Notes: generated from the letters alone by a model not told the origin. DNA of 64,000 nucleotides from Cyanophora paradoxa CCMP329 (GCA_004431415.1 QPMI01000503.1:1-64000), one strand, 5' to 3'; shown: positions 19,273 to 36,020, counted from the first letter of the stretch. A program made the numbers and translations.

Positions 19273-19323
19273 TTTTCTCCCCGTCCGAAAATTTCCCCGC
19301 TTTTGGGTCCAGACTCTGATTCC

Positions 19324-19385
19324 AACTCTTCCCAAGTCCCAAGTCCCAAGTCCCAAGTCCCAAGTCCCAAGTCCCAAGTCCCAGG
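19324..19385 (-). repeat. CCT-(GGGACTT)x7-GGGAAGAGTT cassette C
   Basis: AAGTCCC x7 at 19334-19382 with the same flanks. Confidence 0.95.
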
Positions 19386-19516
19386 TCACATTTTTCTCCC
19401 ATTTCAGTCCGAGATTTTGCCCAAGTCCAAATCCGGGCCCGGGATTCGAACCCTCGTTTTCGGTCGATTTCACGCGTGAAAAACGCACTTTTCGGCCTTT
19501 TCCGATTTTTCCTTTC

Positions 19517-19682
19517 TCGCGATCGCAGAAATGCCCCCGATCTCGAAATCGCGATCGAAAATGGTCGCGATCGTGAGAAAGTCGCGATCACCAGGGTCGC
19601 GATCGGGTCGCGATCGCCGCGATCGCCAGCCTCGGAGGGGGTACCCCCACAGCTGTTGCGGCGGTTATAAGAACCTCCGCAA
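19517..19682. repeat. TCGCGATC cluster, GGGGGTACCCCC palindrome and 11-bp stem-loop
   Basis: Six TCGCGATC copies; palindrome 19637-19648; TTGCGGCGGTT-ATAAG-AACCTCCGCAA at 19656-19682. Confidence 0.85.
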
Positions 19683-19976
19683 TCCAAGCGTCACTTCCGA
19701 GTCTCGAGCTCTCGGAGTTGCCTTTTCGCGTTTGGCCCATTGATGGCCCTCTTATATAGATATAGAGAAATCACAAAATCTCCAGTATCTCGGGACCGAG
19801 TCCAGAATTCGAGCCGAGCTTTTGCAAACCGTTGAACGAGGGATGGTGCACAGCATCATAATGCATTTTTCAAATCGGCGGAGCCACTGGGCCAATTTTG
19901 CGTGCGCAATCCTCGATTTTCCCTCGCTTCTCCCCCCCCCCCCCCCCCCCCCCTGCCATACAAACCGAGTTGTAGG

Positions 19977-20461
19977 TAGGGTTGCCACTTACGGCGTAAG
20001 TCCCCCAAAACCCGCCGTAAGTGTAAGTGTAAGTGTAAGTGTAAGTCGTAAGTCCGCCGTAAGTCCGCCGTAAGTCGGCCAGAAACCACAGAAAACACTT
20101 CTCAATCTGCGAGTTAGATTGTCTTCAGTCTTTTTCTGTGTGTTTGGGAGTGAGGGGGGCTTGTTTAAGCAGTGAAAGTGCCATCCCAGGTAGACACCAT
20201 GACCACCGGAGGCCCATTCCGGGGTCTTCTCACCCCGTTCAGAGGCCTAAAAGCACGTCTGAATCGGTAAGATGTGCAAATCTACTCGATTTAGATCGAT
20301 TTTAACTTGAATCTACGCTCTTTTTGCCGCTCGCAGGGGGTATCCCCAGGGGGACTTACGACTTACGGCCGTAAGTCCCATCTCGGGGCACGTAAGTCGT
20401 AAGTCGGACTTACACTTACGGACTTACACGTAAGTCCCGTAAGTCGTAAGTGGCAACCCTA
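19977..20461. mobile_element. Non-autonomous hAT transposon (MITE), 485 bp
   Basis: Perfect 17-bp TIR TAGGGTTGCCACTTACG / CGTAAGTGGCAACCCTA; 8-bp TSD GTTGTAGG at 19969-19976 and 20462-20469; GTAAGT/ACTTAC subterminal repeats. Confidence 0.95.
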
Positions 20462-20579
20462 GTTGTAGGGACCGACTTTTTTTCGCGAGCTGTGTGCGAG
20501 ACTCTGATCATCATGGCATGCGCATGATCTGAGACTCTCATCAGAGTCTCTGAGACCCCCACGGTGCCCCACCTAGGCC

Positions 20580-21190
20580 TAGGGTTGCCGTGCTGAACTT
20601 TCAGTGCACTGAAACTTGCAAGTTCAGCGATTCACTGAACTTTCAGTTTCAGTTTCAGTGGCTCACTAGTACTGCCAGGCTGAAAGTTCAGCGCTAGCTG
20701 AATTTTGGTACATGTATAGGGGGGGGTGCGACAGGCGGAATACGTATACGTATACCTAATTAATATTCCGGGGGCTTAAGGCCCCCAGAGCGATCTCAGA
20801 ACTACACTTATCGTCATTACATCGGATATATATATATAAAGATCTTCTGCATTGAGAAATTTGAAACGAGCGGATGGTCCCTGGCAAATTAAAGTCCCTG
20901 AGTCCTTGAGCTACCATGCCAATACCCCCCTCAAGGAGGTGATGAACTGGCCCATGGCCAGAATTCATGCTTTTGGACGGAGTGAACAGCTGGAAAGACG
21001 TTCGAACGTTCAAAACAACTTTGAAACGTGGACGTGGGGCTGAATTGGCGTCTCTAGATCTTTGTCGACGTCATCTCTTTTGTGCACTTGTGTGTACTGT
21101 GTACTGAATTATTCAGTACTGAATTTGCTGAAAGTTCAGCAAAATTCAGTTTCAGTGGGGTGTGCTGAGAGTTCAGCTGTTAACTTCCCC
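20580..21190. mobile_element. Second hAT-like MITE with degenerate right end
   Basis: Starts TAGGGTTGCC; TTCAG/CTGAA subterminal repeat clusters at 20595-20700 and 21100-21180; no intact right TIR or TSD. Confidence 0.55.
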
Positions 21191-21510
21191 CGTATTTCCT
21201 CCGTCCACTGCGCGGCACCTGATCGATCGATCCGATGATCGCCCAAGGATCCGAAGATTTCCGATGAGGCGGTTTGATTCCGATCGCGATGAGGCATTTT
21301 AATTTGGTGCAGGCTGTGCATGCATGCGCATCATGCCCAGCTGCAGTGGCATCGCGCGCGCAGGTCGCAGACTTTGGGATCTAAAGGACCGTCGATCGGA
21401 CATGACTCAGTGATCATGATCATGATTCGAATTCAATAATTATTGGGTCCGGGGTCCAGGAGGGGACCGTCAGACCCCGCCGGGTCCGGGGGTCGTTTGC
21501 CACTGGGCCA

Positions 21511-21726
21511 AGTTGCGTTGTTCAAGCACTCCTCTATATATACGTGGGTGCACATGCATTTCAGAATAAAACTGATCATAAACTGGCACGGGTGGCCAGG
21601 CATTTCTAGATCTAGCCGAGTTGCGTTGTTCAAGCACTCCTCTATATATACGTGGGTGCACATGCATTTCAGAATAAAACTGATCATAAACTGGCACGGG
21701 TGGCCAGGCATTTCTAGATCTAGCCG
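21511..21726 (+). repeat. 108-bp perfect tandem duplication
   Basis: AGTTGCGTTG...TCTAGCCG starts at 21511 and again at 21619. Confidence 0.95.
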
Positions 21727-22258
21727 CATTCGCGATTGATATCATCACGTTCTTAGCTATATATATATCATCACGCAATTTTTTGCAAGTGCATGTTTTT
21801 TCAAAGTTTGTCCCTTTAAGTACTAGTTTGATGCCAGCTTAATAGCTGTTTCAAATTAAATGTGAGAATATTTAATTTGAAAACCGTCCCGAGATAAAGA
21901 TCTATATATAAATAGATAGCTTGTCTGCAAGATTAACATGCTTCCAGTTCGCCCGGTTCGTCGACGTCCTGTACATGTGCAGTGTACATGTGAGTTAACG
22001 TTTCGAATTCGGCAACAGAATGTATGTGGATCCCGGAGTCCGCAACTTGGCAACTTGGAATATCCAGGTTCTCAAAGTCCCTACGCCCTGACATATATAT
22101 CATGTGGGGCCTTCAACACAGATATAATTAACTTGGAGTATTAACGGCTGCGCCGATGAGTCCAACTGTGAGGGGTACATGTACCTTGTCGACGTCAGCA
22201 GGTTCGAGTAGGTTCGGTGGCGGATCGGAAAGGGGCCCAAGGGGCGAGCAGCTCGGCG

Positions 22259-27048
<4,790 letters not shown>

Positions 27049-28294
27049 TTTGATAGAAGTTAGGTTGTTGCCCCTAGCGTAGAAAGAGTACCAGTATATG
27101 CATATAAGGTTGGCTGCCAGGCTGCATGGTCCACTGTTGATCGTGCATCGTGCCTGGGTTCTGGGGCCCACTGGGTGCACCTGCGTTCGCACTTCCGCTT
27201 CGAATTCCTCGAATTCCTGCGTCAGTTCGATACCCTGCAGCAGCCGGCTGCGGCTGCAAGCCCCCCGTGGCCGAGCCGTGGGGGCCGGGGCGCCCCGGCC
27301 GGGCACCTGCCGCAACGCAACAGCCCTGCGCGGCATGTGCTCGAGCTCCCCTCACTGGGTCAGAGCCCCCTATATGCCCTATATATATAGGTATAGCTAG
27401 TGCACATATGCATGCTTGCAGGGAGCCTCGGACTCTGGAGGCTTCGAATTCAGAAGATCTAGCCTAGTATACGTAGTAGAAGAAGAAGAGTCTGGAGGCT
27501 TGAACTTTTATATAATCATTGAATCAGAGGGTAACGGAGGGCCCAGCTGGCCAGCTTGCACACTGATTGTCACAGTGTGCTTTGGGCCTTTGGGTCCTTC
27601 GGGATCAAAACCGCACAACCGGCTTGGGAGTGTCTTATACATACTCTTCTTCTTCTTCAGTCTTCAGCTTGCACATGTACACTCAGTGACTGTGACATGC
27701 TGGTGGGCTAGCGACTCGGCCTTCAGATCCTTGGCCTTTCGTCAAAACAGAGATTGAGTGTATCTTACTAAGTTATACCTACTCTTCTTCTTCTTCGAAT
27801 TCCGAAGTTCACTGAGTGCTGAACCGTTGAACCGTTCAACTTCGGAACCTTCCGAGGCTCCGGCAATGGGGCTGTAGTGCACATCATGCACTTCAGGCTT
27901 GCAACAGTTCCGAAGTTCAATGGCTGTACAGAATTCGAACGCGGCCGTCACGGCGTCGACGTCCTCCGCCTCAGGCCTCGTCCTGGTCCGGCAGCCCCCA
28001 CCCCGGCGCGCCCCGCGCCCCATGCATGGCCATGTACTACACTGTGACATGTACAGTGGCCCAGACATTAAATATTGTGATTCAGTTCATGTCAGTGTCC
28101 GAGTGTCCAAATGCCAGGTACATCCCATACAATTTACAAGTTGACTGGTGTCAAATGTGAAGTAAATGTTCTCTGGCGCGTACTTCAGTGCATTAGAATT
28201 ACAGACCGTCGAGCTGGTGGGTTCGGTGGGTGCCAGGAGGCATGTCACGTCGTATTTTCGTTTATGTCAACAGAGCAAGGCTAGGCTTTGCTCA

Positions 28295-31025
28295 TTAAAG
28301 AGAGACCCTAATCGCCATCGTGTCCGAGAATTGTTCATACACCTTTTCTGAAAACCATGCTGAGCAATCGCGAGGGTCGCACCACAGCAACAGAAGCTTC
28401 ATGCTTGCTTCCACAATCTGTTGGTCGATTGACGTTTGCTGAACTTCCCGCAGAGAGAATGTAGCAAGGACATCGATGAGACACCGAGCCAAAGCCCTGT
28501 GACTGTATTCTTGCAAGCTCAAGTCTTTCAGTGCAAACAGCACCAATCCCACTAACTCCAAAAAGGCGATCGCCAGAAGTCTTGCTCCATAGCTGGCACC
28601 CTGTTCGGTGCATTGACGCACTGCAAGGCAATTTTAGACGCAGTGCTCACCTCTTGGGTGGAAAGCTTGAGGTATATATCACACAAATCGAGCAAATTCG
28701 AGCCAGAACTGGAATCGCAAAGCAGTTCAAGGAGAAAGCCTGCTGGATCACTGCTTTGTGCTCCACGGCTCCCGACAATCGGAAGCAATCGCAGAACTGC
28801 CACTGAAGGGCCCTCCTGCACCATGCGCAGAAGCCCTTGCACCTGAACAATATTGTTGCTAAAAGCATACATCAGATACTCAAGCGCCACACACTCACCC
28901 CTTCTTTGCTAGATGCTATTCGGTAAGGCGTCAGACAGCCTTCAAGCTGCGCCAAGAATGAAAAACAATATAAAAACAGATAGAGTTATGCAAGCAAGCT
29001 GTGCAATGTACCTCGAAGGGGATCCGAATCATTTCATGGAAGTCCTAAACAACACACAAGTAAGACTTTTGCTCTGAGTTGAAAATGTGCAATGCTTACC
29101 AGAAGCAGCTTTGCCAACTCGCAGGAAGGCTGCTGAAGGGCAACGGACAGCACAAATGCTGCCATTTCTCTTAATGATGAAGATTCATGGTTGCTGAGAT
29201 GAACAAGTGCGTAAAAGATTCCAGGGTAGCTTAGTGACGTAATAATTTCCTGCACATGGTCCTGTACAGAGATCCTGTGGCACATCCTACACAGCGACGA
29301 GATTGATTCTTCAGACCTGTCGAGATTACGTGAATAATACATAATGCACACATTGGCGCTGTACACGCAGTTGGATCAAATAGGCGTACTGACTGCAGAG
29401 AAGGGTCGCAGAAAGAGATATCGCTTCCAACCGCTTGGCGGTCCTTAGCAGAGGCCCTGCTCGGTGGCTCAAAGGGAGAAACGACGACATGTCCTTCAAT
29501 GCAATGGACCTAAATGAAAGAATGGAGCTAAATGATCGAGATCCGGTGACGTTGCTAGCAGAAGAGCTCCATCAAAGTGCCCAGTGATTGCATCCACAAG
29601 CATACACGCATACTTGACCATCTCATCGGAATCCACAGCCTCGATTGATTGGCTGAGCACGGATGCAAGACTAGATGTGATCGCTCTAGACTCGAAATGG
29701 TGAAGGACAAACGAAATCAGGGATCCAGGATCCTTGCGCAGGAGGCCATTCATTTCCTGTCCTGCATATTAAAAGCAAAGAAGAGCAGCTCATCAATACG
29801 CGCACCATCAAAATGCCGAGGATGTTTGTACTTGTGGCATCCTTTGAAACTTCAGCTTGCAAGCGCCCTAAAAGTTTGATTGTCTGCCATTCCTCCAGCA
29901 GTTGAATGCACTCATCTCGAGATTGGGACGATGGGTTCAGCGTTTCTCGGACTACTGCTTGGTACACGATCTGCAGAATGTCAGCAGGCGCATTGCAAGG
30001 AACAAAAAAGATCAAGATGGTCACATCCGACTCTTTGGAGAAACAAAGCACTTCAGCAGCCGGAGGACATCGCAAAACCGCACTAAGAACTTTCAAGGCC
30101 GTGCTGAGAGTCAACGCTGAGCCTGGCGAAGAGACAACCGATGCGAAGAGCTCAAGCACTGGCTTCCTCACAATTGCTACAGGACCAAATGCAAGGAGGC
30201 TGATCGCCTTCAGAAATTCTGTGAAAGTGTGCTGCAACTCTGAATTCTGTTGAAGATGCTTGTATCGACAGAGGACTTCAGCGAGCTGTTCGGCAGCGCG
30301 GAATTCCAGCATGCAGCTTGAAGAGTGTAAGAGAATGTTACAAGGCCATTCTAAACGCAAATGAACCATTTTGTGTCTTCCGTGTCTTCTGCAATCAAGC
30401 CCCATCGACCCGACAGATTTGAAAGCTGGGGTGTTTTCAGTTGCAAGTTTCAGTCCGAAGGGGACAGTCGTACCTGAGCGCATTCCCGGGCAGCCAAGGA
30501 TAGAGGGCGCAACTGCAGAAATCCAAGGAGGGCGTCGTCCCCAGCCACGCTCGGCACAGCATCGCCTTCTACGAGTGCAATCATGTCGCGCAGGGTCTCC
30601 AGCGCCTGTTGCCATTGTTCGCTTCCAGTTGCTGGAGTGGCCAGCACAGATCGAATTCGCAAAACCGGCCGTCGGAGTCGCTCATGATTATAGCGAGGCC
30701 AGTTGGCGCTTGAGTTCGCGGAAACATTCGATGAGCTGCTCTGCTGCGCCGATGAAATCTCCACGGAGCCAAACAAATCGATCGTGCACCGCTGATGAGT
30801 GCCCGCGCGGCGCCGCACGACAACTACGTCCGTCTTGTAGCGCTCCCCGTGCTGCACGCGCGCATATCGATCGTTCACACGGGCGAACACCTCGGCGCTT
30901 GGCAGCGGGTCTCCGCGAAGCGCGTAGTCCTCGAGGATCACCGGATCGCGCAGCCGAATCGAGTGCACTACACGATCGACCTCGGCTCCAAGTTCGATAC
31001 TGGCGAGCAGGCTGACGCCGGGCAT
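28295..31025 (-). CDS. Large helical (ARM/HEAT-like) multi-exon protein, possibly virilizer-like
   Basis: Chain of Leu-rich helical exons; N-terminal ...PV...TDVVVVR..G....TIDLFG loosely resembles VIR_N; ends approximate. Confidence 0.5.
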
Positions 31026-31588
31026 TGCTCGTCCTGCACGACCCCCGCAGGTGACGACGTCGACAGGCCCGCCTCCAGCCACGCAGCCGCTTCAGCGACT
31101 AGCCTGCGCCAACTACCGGCTACGTATACGGTTCCGCCCGCGGATCGCAGCGGATGCAAGCTCCTGGGTACGTCGGCATTGCTGACTGCCGCGCTTACGC
31201 GCACGCGCCTGCGCCTGCGCAGACAGTCTGCTCAGCGCATCCGGCGCGCATCTGCCTTCGCGGGCTCAGGTCGCTCAAGCTCACTGAGTCATGCCGCGGG
31301 CTCCAAATTCGCATATTAAGCGCGCGTCAACGTTCCTTCACAGGCTTATAAGTGTGAAATAGACGACGCTGCGAGCTGCGCCGAAAACAGATGGAAGCTG
31401 AGGTTCCCAGAGGGGTGGGTGCGGCTCTAGGAAGTGCAGTCTCCAGGGGGTGAAGTCGTCAGCGGCGAGGGACCAAAGAGGGAAGTTGCGCGCGGGCTGC
31501 TCACTGCCGGCTGTAGGGCGGTTCAAGGGCTGCTATGCTCCATTTCACACAAGCGGGAGACTCAAATGTACATCGGCTGTCCCTTCTC

Positions 31589-32246
31589 TTAACGCCGCGG
31601 GGGACCGCCACCGCGCATGCCGCCTCGGCCGCCCCCACGACCGCCTGCGAGTGAGCGAGTGAGTTCATGATTGCCAAGGAAGCATGAGCACAGCAGCTCA
31701 CCCCTGCCGCCGCGCCCAGCGAGGCCGCGCCCTCGTCCAGGGCCAGTAACACCGAGAACTTTGACGCCCTTGAGGCCCTTCGCTAGCTGCTGCTCTATCC
31801 GCTTGAACATAGGCGCATTCTTGAGCATGTCCGGCACGATCATAAACCGCACTTTGCTTCCCCGCAGAAACACCTGCGTATTTGGCGAACGACGAGGATG
31901 AATGCGACGCAGGGATTCGCACGCCCCCGCATAGTTCGACCGGCAGCTAATCTTCGCGTTCGAACCAAAGCACATGCACGAACCTGCTCGAGGTTTGAGA
32001 CGCGCCCATCCCGCGCAGTCATTGTGACGTTCTCCATTTGGCAATTCCAGTTGTCCTCGGCTTCGATGAGCTTCCCGCGATAGATTTCGCCTGTCTTGAG
32101 CTCTACTGTTACCGTGTGGCCCTCCGCCTCATGGAGCAGCTTGATGGGGATGCCGATCCTACGACGGGGGGCAAGCGATTAGCCGCGCACTACGGAGCGG
32201 TCGCGGCGTTGTGTGCTCTAGAACGAGGGCGATGGACGCACGACAT
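31589..32246 (-). CDS. SNRPD3: Small nuclear ribonucleoprotein Sm D3
   Basis: [40 protein letters not shown]...[23 protein letters not shown] and an RG tail. Confidence 0.97.
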
Positions 32247-32405
32247 CCTGCTCCGCGACTTCCTTATCCGGGTACGCGAAATCTACAGTTCGGGGGACCG
32301 GCTCAAACTTTAACGGAACAGACGAGCAGGTTATTAGATACGTGTGGTTGTTTGTAGCCGCTGTGGAGTACGTACAGTACGCCGCGGCAGCGGGGCGCCG
32401 CAACT

Positions 32406-34674
32406 ATGAACATGTGCGTGCCCGCCGCGACGCGTGAGCGCTCGCTGAGCGCTCTATTGTAACCTGTGTGCGCGCGCAGCTTCGATTACGTTGCCACAAA
32501 CCTCACTCCGGCTGCGCTCGATCGGTGCAGGCTTTCTGAGCGCTCTGATCGAGCGGGGGTTGATTGCAAGCCCGCAGGCTCTATGAAAATCCGTGGACAT
32601 GCCAGGCCGTGATTCGGTACAGCGCTGCTACACGTGCGCGGGCAAAGCGCTTGCTCATGTGTCCACGCGAAGGTCCCTCTCGCCTCTGGCGAAGCAGTAC
32701 GCCGTGCGGTTACTCTGCGTCGAGTCAGCGGTGGACAAAGCGCTTGTAGATCAGTGGGCGCGCGCGGACGCAACGTCGCAAGCAAAGCACAGGTCGGCAA
32801 TAGACCGTCTAACGGGCCTGCGTGTTCTTCTCGCCATGTCGCGCGACAAGAAGTGCGCGTGATCGGCCTTGCGTGTTTCAGTCACCGAAGGTACTGATTT
32901 CCACGCAGGTCTGCGGGTGTGCAGAAGTCGACAATGAAGGCCGTGCCATCTACTCAGTTCATTTTAAACCCTGTTTTTCAGAAGCAGCTTCTGGGGTGTC
33001 TCTGCGAGCCGTATGCATTATTCCTGTTCTGTGGTTAACCAATAAGCAAATATTGACGATGCGAATGCAGGCAGCAGCTCCCTTTCCCATTGAAGGGAAA
33101 AGGCGAGAAGCAAAGGATGTCCATCTCTGATCTCGACAAGTTTGCACAGGACCAGTGGGAGTCGATTTTACATTTCCTTGTTGGGAGTACTGGACCAACG
33201 GGGAAAGTACCTTCGGCTGGAATAGTTGAGCTGCTGGTAACGACAGGGCTTATGGTCCAGTCAGTCCTGTTTACAAAGGAGAGGTTGAGAGGTTCGGTGC
33301 TGACCGGACTGCAGGACTGGTGATGACTCATTCCAGATAACCAACGATGGCTTTCAGTTTCTTTTGAAGGACATATTTACACAGGTTCCTTTTGGGCTCC
33401 ATCTCCATTGCGTGTTTCTGGGTCCAATGCAGATGGCGCTCGCAGGTGTGGACTTTCCTGTTGGAGTATATCAACACTGCAGAGGCATGGGTTTGCTTGA
33501 TATTGTCTCCGAACACAGGCTCACCATTGAGTGCTCTCCAGGACAGAGGAATTAGCAAAGATGAAATCCTTGGCCTCCTCTTTCGGCTCAGTTTCTTATC
33601 TCTCGGCCAGGTTTGCCTGTCTTCTGGCGCTTTCTGTGTCAATGAAGACCCCTTTTTGGACAGGAATACGGAACAGAAAAGCTGTCCCCGGCACAGCTTT
33701 CTCTTCTTCAGGACCTGCGAGAACTGGGGTTGATCTATCAGCGAAAGGTCACTTTTTTTTTCTAAGCAAAACCATGTGCAAGAGCTCAATTTCGCCCCAC
33801 AGCCATCTTCAACACGGTTTACTCCCACGCGCCTGGCAGTCAACCTTTCTGCAGGAATGGGCTCAGCAGACATCAATGTTTCTTCTGCTCTGCACTTGGG
33901 ACGAGAGGATTCTGGCGACAAGTCAACATTTGGTGTCTTTTTGCCAGTACCGGCCATTCATCCTCTACTGACGCTGGTGGCAGGTGTTACACAGCAGCAA
34001 TACATTATCGTGGAGTCGAACTTCCGTCTTTATGCGTACTCAAGGTCAACACTGCAGATTGCTTTGTTGAGCCTCTTTGTCCGCATGCTCTACCGGCTGC
34101 CAAACATGGCAGTCGGCATGATCACGCGGGATTCGATCCAGCAGGCTCTCGCGAATGGAATCTCTGCAGATCAGGTGAGATTGTGCTCTTGAAGAAGAAC
34201 TCTGGCACGTGGATAAATCCTGCACTCTAGATTATCGACTTCCTTCAGACACATGCTCACCCAGTCATGAGCTCTGCACTCGATGTTTCGAGCAGTGGAG
34301 ACGGCCAACAACCTGCAAAACGAACAGCCCGCTGTGGTGTTCCGGAAACAGTCTGTGACCAAATAAGACTTTGGGAGGCTGAAAAGAATCGTGCATCATT
34401 TAAATCTGCGGTTCTCTATGAGCAGTTCATGTCCATTGAGGTACAAAGATTGTGTCCCCTTCAAATTTTTTATGTTGACCTTGAGCAGGAATTCAAAGAA
34501 TGTGAGGCGCAAGCGAAGGCATTGGGAGTCCTTTTGTGGTCAGATCTCACAAATGAACGCATGGTCGTTGACGAGGTTCAGTCTTTATTGATAATGCACA
34601 CTTTTGGATTATCTCACTCGTTGCTCCAGAGCGGCCACGAACAAATGCGTGCTTTTATCAAATCAAGGCAATAG
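32406..34674 (+). CDS. GTF2H4: TFIIH subunit Tfb2/p52
   Basis: LDKFAQDQWESILHFLVG, ITNDGFQFLL, FTPTRLA, IIVESNFRLYAY, PNMAVGMITRDSIQQALANGISADQ, PETVCDQIRLWE. Confidence 0.95.
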
Positions 34675-34719
34675 CTGCATCTTTCTAAGCCACGGGCGCT
34701 CTGGACTCCGTACCCACGC

Positions 34720-35035
34720 TTCCTCCTCCTCTTCCCTGTTCCTTACCCCCCTTCCCGCCCAATCCCCCCCCCCCCATCCCCATCCCCCCCCCCCCCCCCC
34801 CCCCCACCCACCCCACCTCCCCCCACCCCACCTCCCCCACCCCCCTACCCCCTACCCCCCCCCCCCCCCCCCCCCACGCACACACACACACACACCCCTC
34901 CCCATCCCCCATACGCATCCCCAACCCAACGCACCCCAACCCCGAACCCCCAATCCACCTCCCCCACATCAAACCCCAACCCCAACCTATGCCCCCCCCC
35001 CCCCCTCCCCCCCCACACACACACGCACATCACCC
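34720..35035 (+). repeat. C-rich low-complexity tract, likely poor-quality sequence
   Basis: Irregular poly-C and CA runs. Confidence 0.8.
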
Positions 35036-35325
35036 CTTGTTTGAGGGAGGCTGGTCAGTCTGTGCTGCCTCCCCCACCTCTGCAGTCCCCATGGCAGGAT
35101 TCCTCCTCTTGCTGGCATCCTTTCTGTCCTTTTGGTACCTGCTGCAGCCTGGCAACAGTAGCTTTCTTTGTATAAACTTTTTGAACCTGAATCGACCAAG
35201 GTGTAGAGGCCCCCGCCACCGCCCCAAGACGTCACCCGCCGCCTAAAGATGCGATGCTGCACATGCCGTGCGAGCACCGCTGGGAGGCGCAGTTCTCTCC
35301 TAAAGGGGCCACGCAGGGCCCGGCT

Positions 35326-35433
35326 GGCCAGCTTGCTGATGGGCTGGTCCCGCGGTTGCGGCAGCCGCAGTGTATCCCACACTAGTACTTGTAGCCCGGC
35401 CAGGACTTGCGTTTTTAGAACGCGTTCAAATGC
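35326..35433 (+). repeat. Dispersed repeat copy 1 (homologous to 56072-56170)
   Basis: GGCCAGCTTGCTG.TGGGCTGG.CCCGCGG...CGCAGTGTA...GTAGCCCGG...CAAATGC present at both sites. Confidence 0.8.
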
Positions 35434-36020
35434 TGAATCCACCAAAGTACTCCCGGTGACCCAGCGCCCCTGCACTGCGGCACAGGTTGACGTGATCGTG
35501 AGCTCCATGTCGTGTCTCCAGAGCCCCGAGACAATTGCAACCACCGCGGACGCCGCAGCAAGACCGTCGGACGTCGACATGTACTGGTAGCCAGTATAGT
35601 ATCCGTGGGGGCGCATTAATTACTCCCTTGAGAGGGCAACACAGGGACCGGCTGGCGGGGTGCGATCGCGAGCTCGGTGGGCTGGGTCTGCGGCCGGGCA
35701 GCGGCGCGCGCCAACCGCTGCGCCGAGGGCTCGATATCGATTGCGATTACGATTACGATTAGAGAGGGAGGGAGAAATCTATTGGCCCAGGAGCCTAGGG
35801 CTTGATTGCTCGACAGCAACAGAAGTCCGTTTAATTGGATCCATTTCAATGTCACAGTGTCCAATGAATCATGAATGCTGGGTGTTTTTTAGATTTGATA
35901 GATGACTTCTGTACCAATCATCTTAAAACTAATTCATTTCACTTTGTTTTTCGCGTTGCAAAAGGACTTTTTTTTACGTAGAGTCTGTACGTATACAGGG
36001 TTTGCGTGGCTCCAATAAAG

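Larger units (their letters stand above)
1..19690. mobile_element. Endogenous small dsDNA virus, mriyavirus/yaravirus-like (VLTF3 + two HUH endonucleases + fibre genes); left end lies outside the window, right end approximate
   Basis: Dense, nearly intronless ORFs with ~20-nt spacers and a shared upstream motif; VLTF3, HUH x2, tail-fibre/S74, HNH; abrupt change to MITEs and intron-rich eukaryotic genes after ~19.7 kb. Confidence 0.85.

Noticed and set aside
16751-19382. CRISPR array or true chromosome telomere
   Set aside because: No spacers; the arrays are short, internal, in both orientations and have fixed flanks
1-19690. Bacterial prophage or contaminant, suggested by tail-fibre, S74 and HNH genes
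   Set aside because: VLTF3 is a eukaryotic-virus gene, starts are AAAATG-type without evident Shine-Dalgarno sites, and no terminase or portal was recognised
34604-35044. Proline-rich or glycine-rich ORFs
   Set aside because: They derive from an irregular poly-C tract that is probably low-quality sequence
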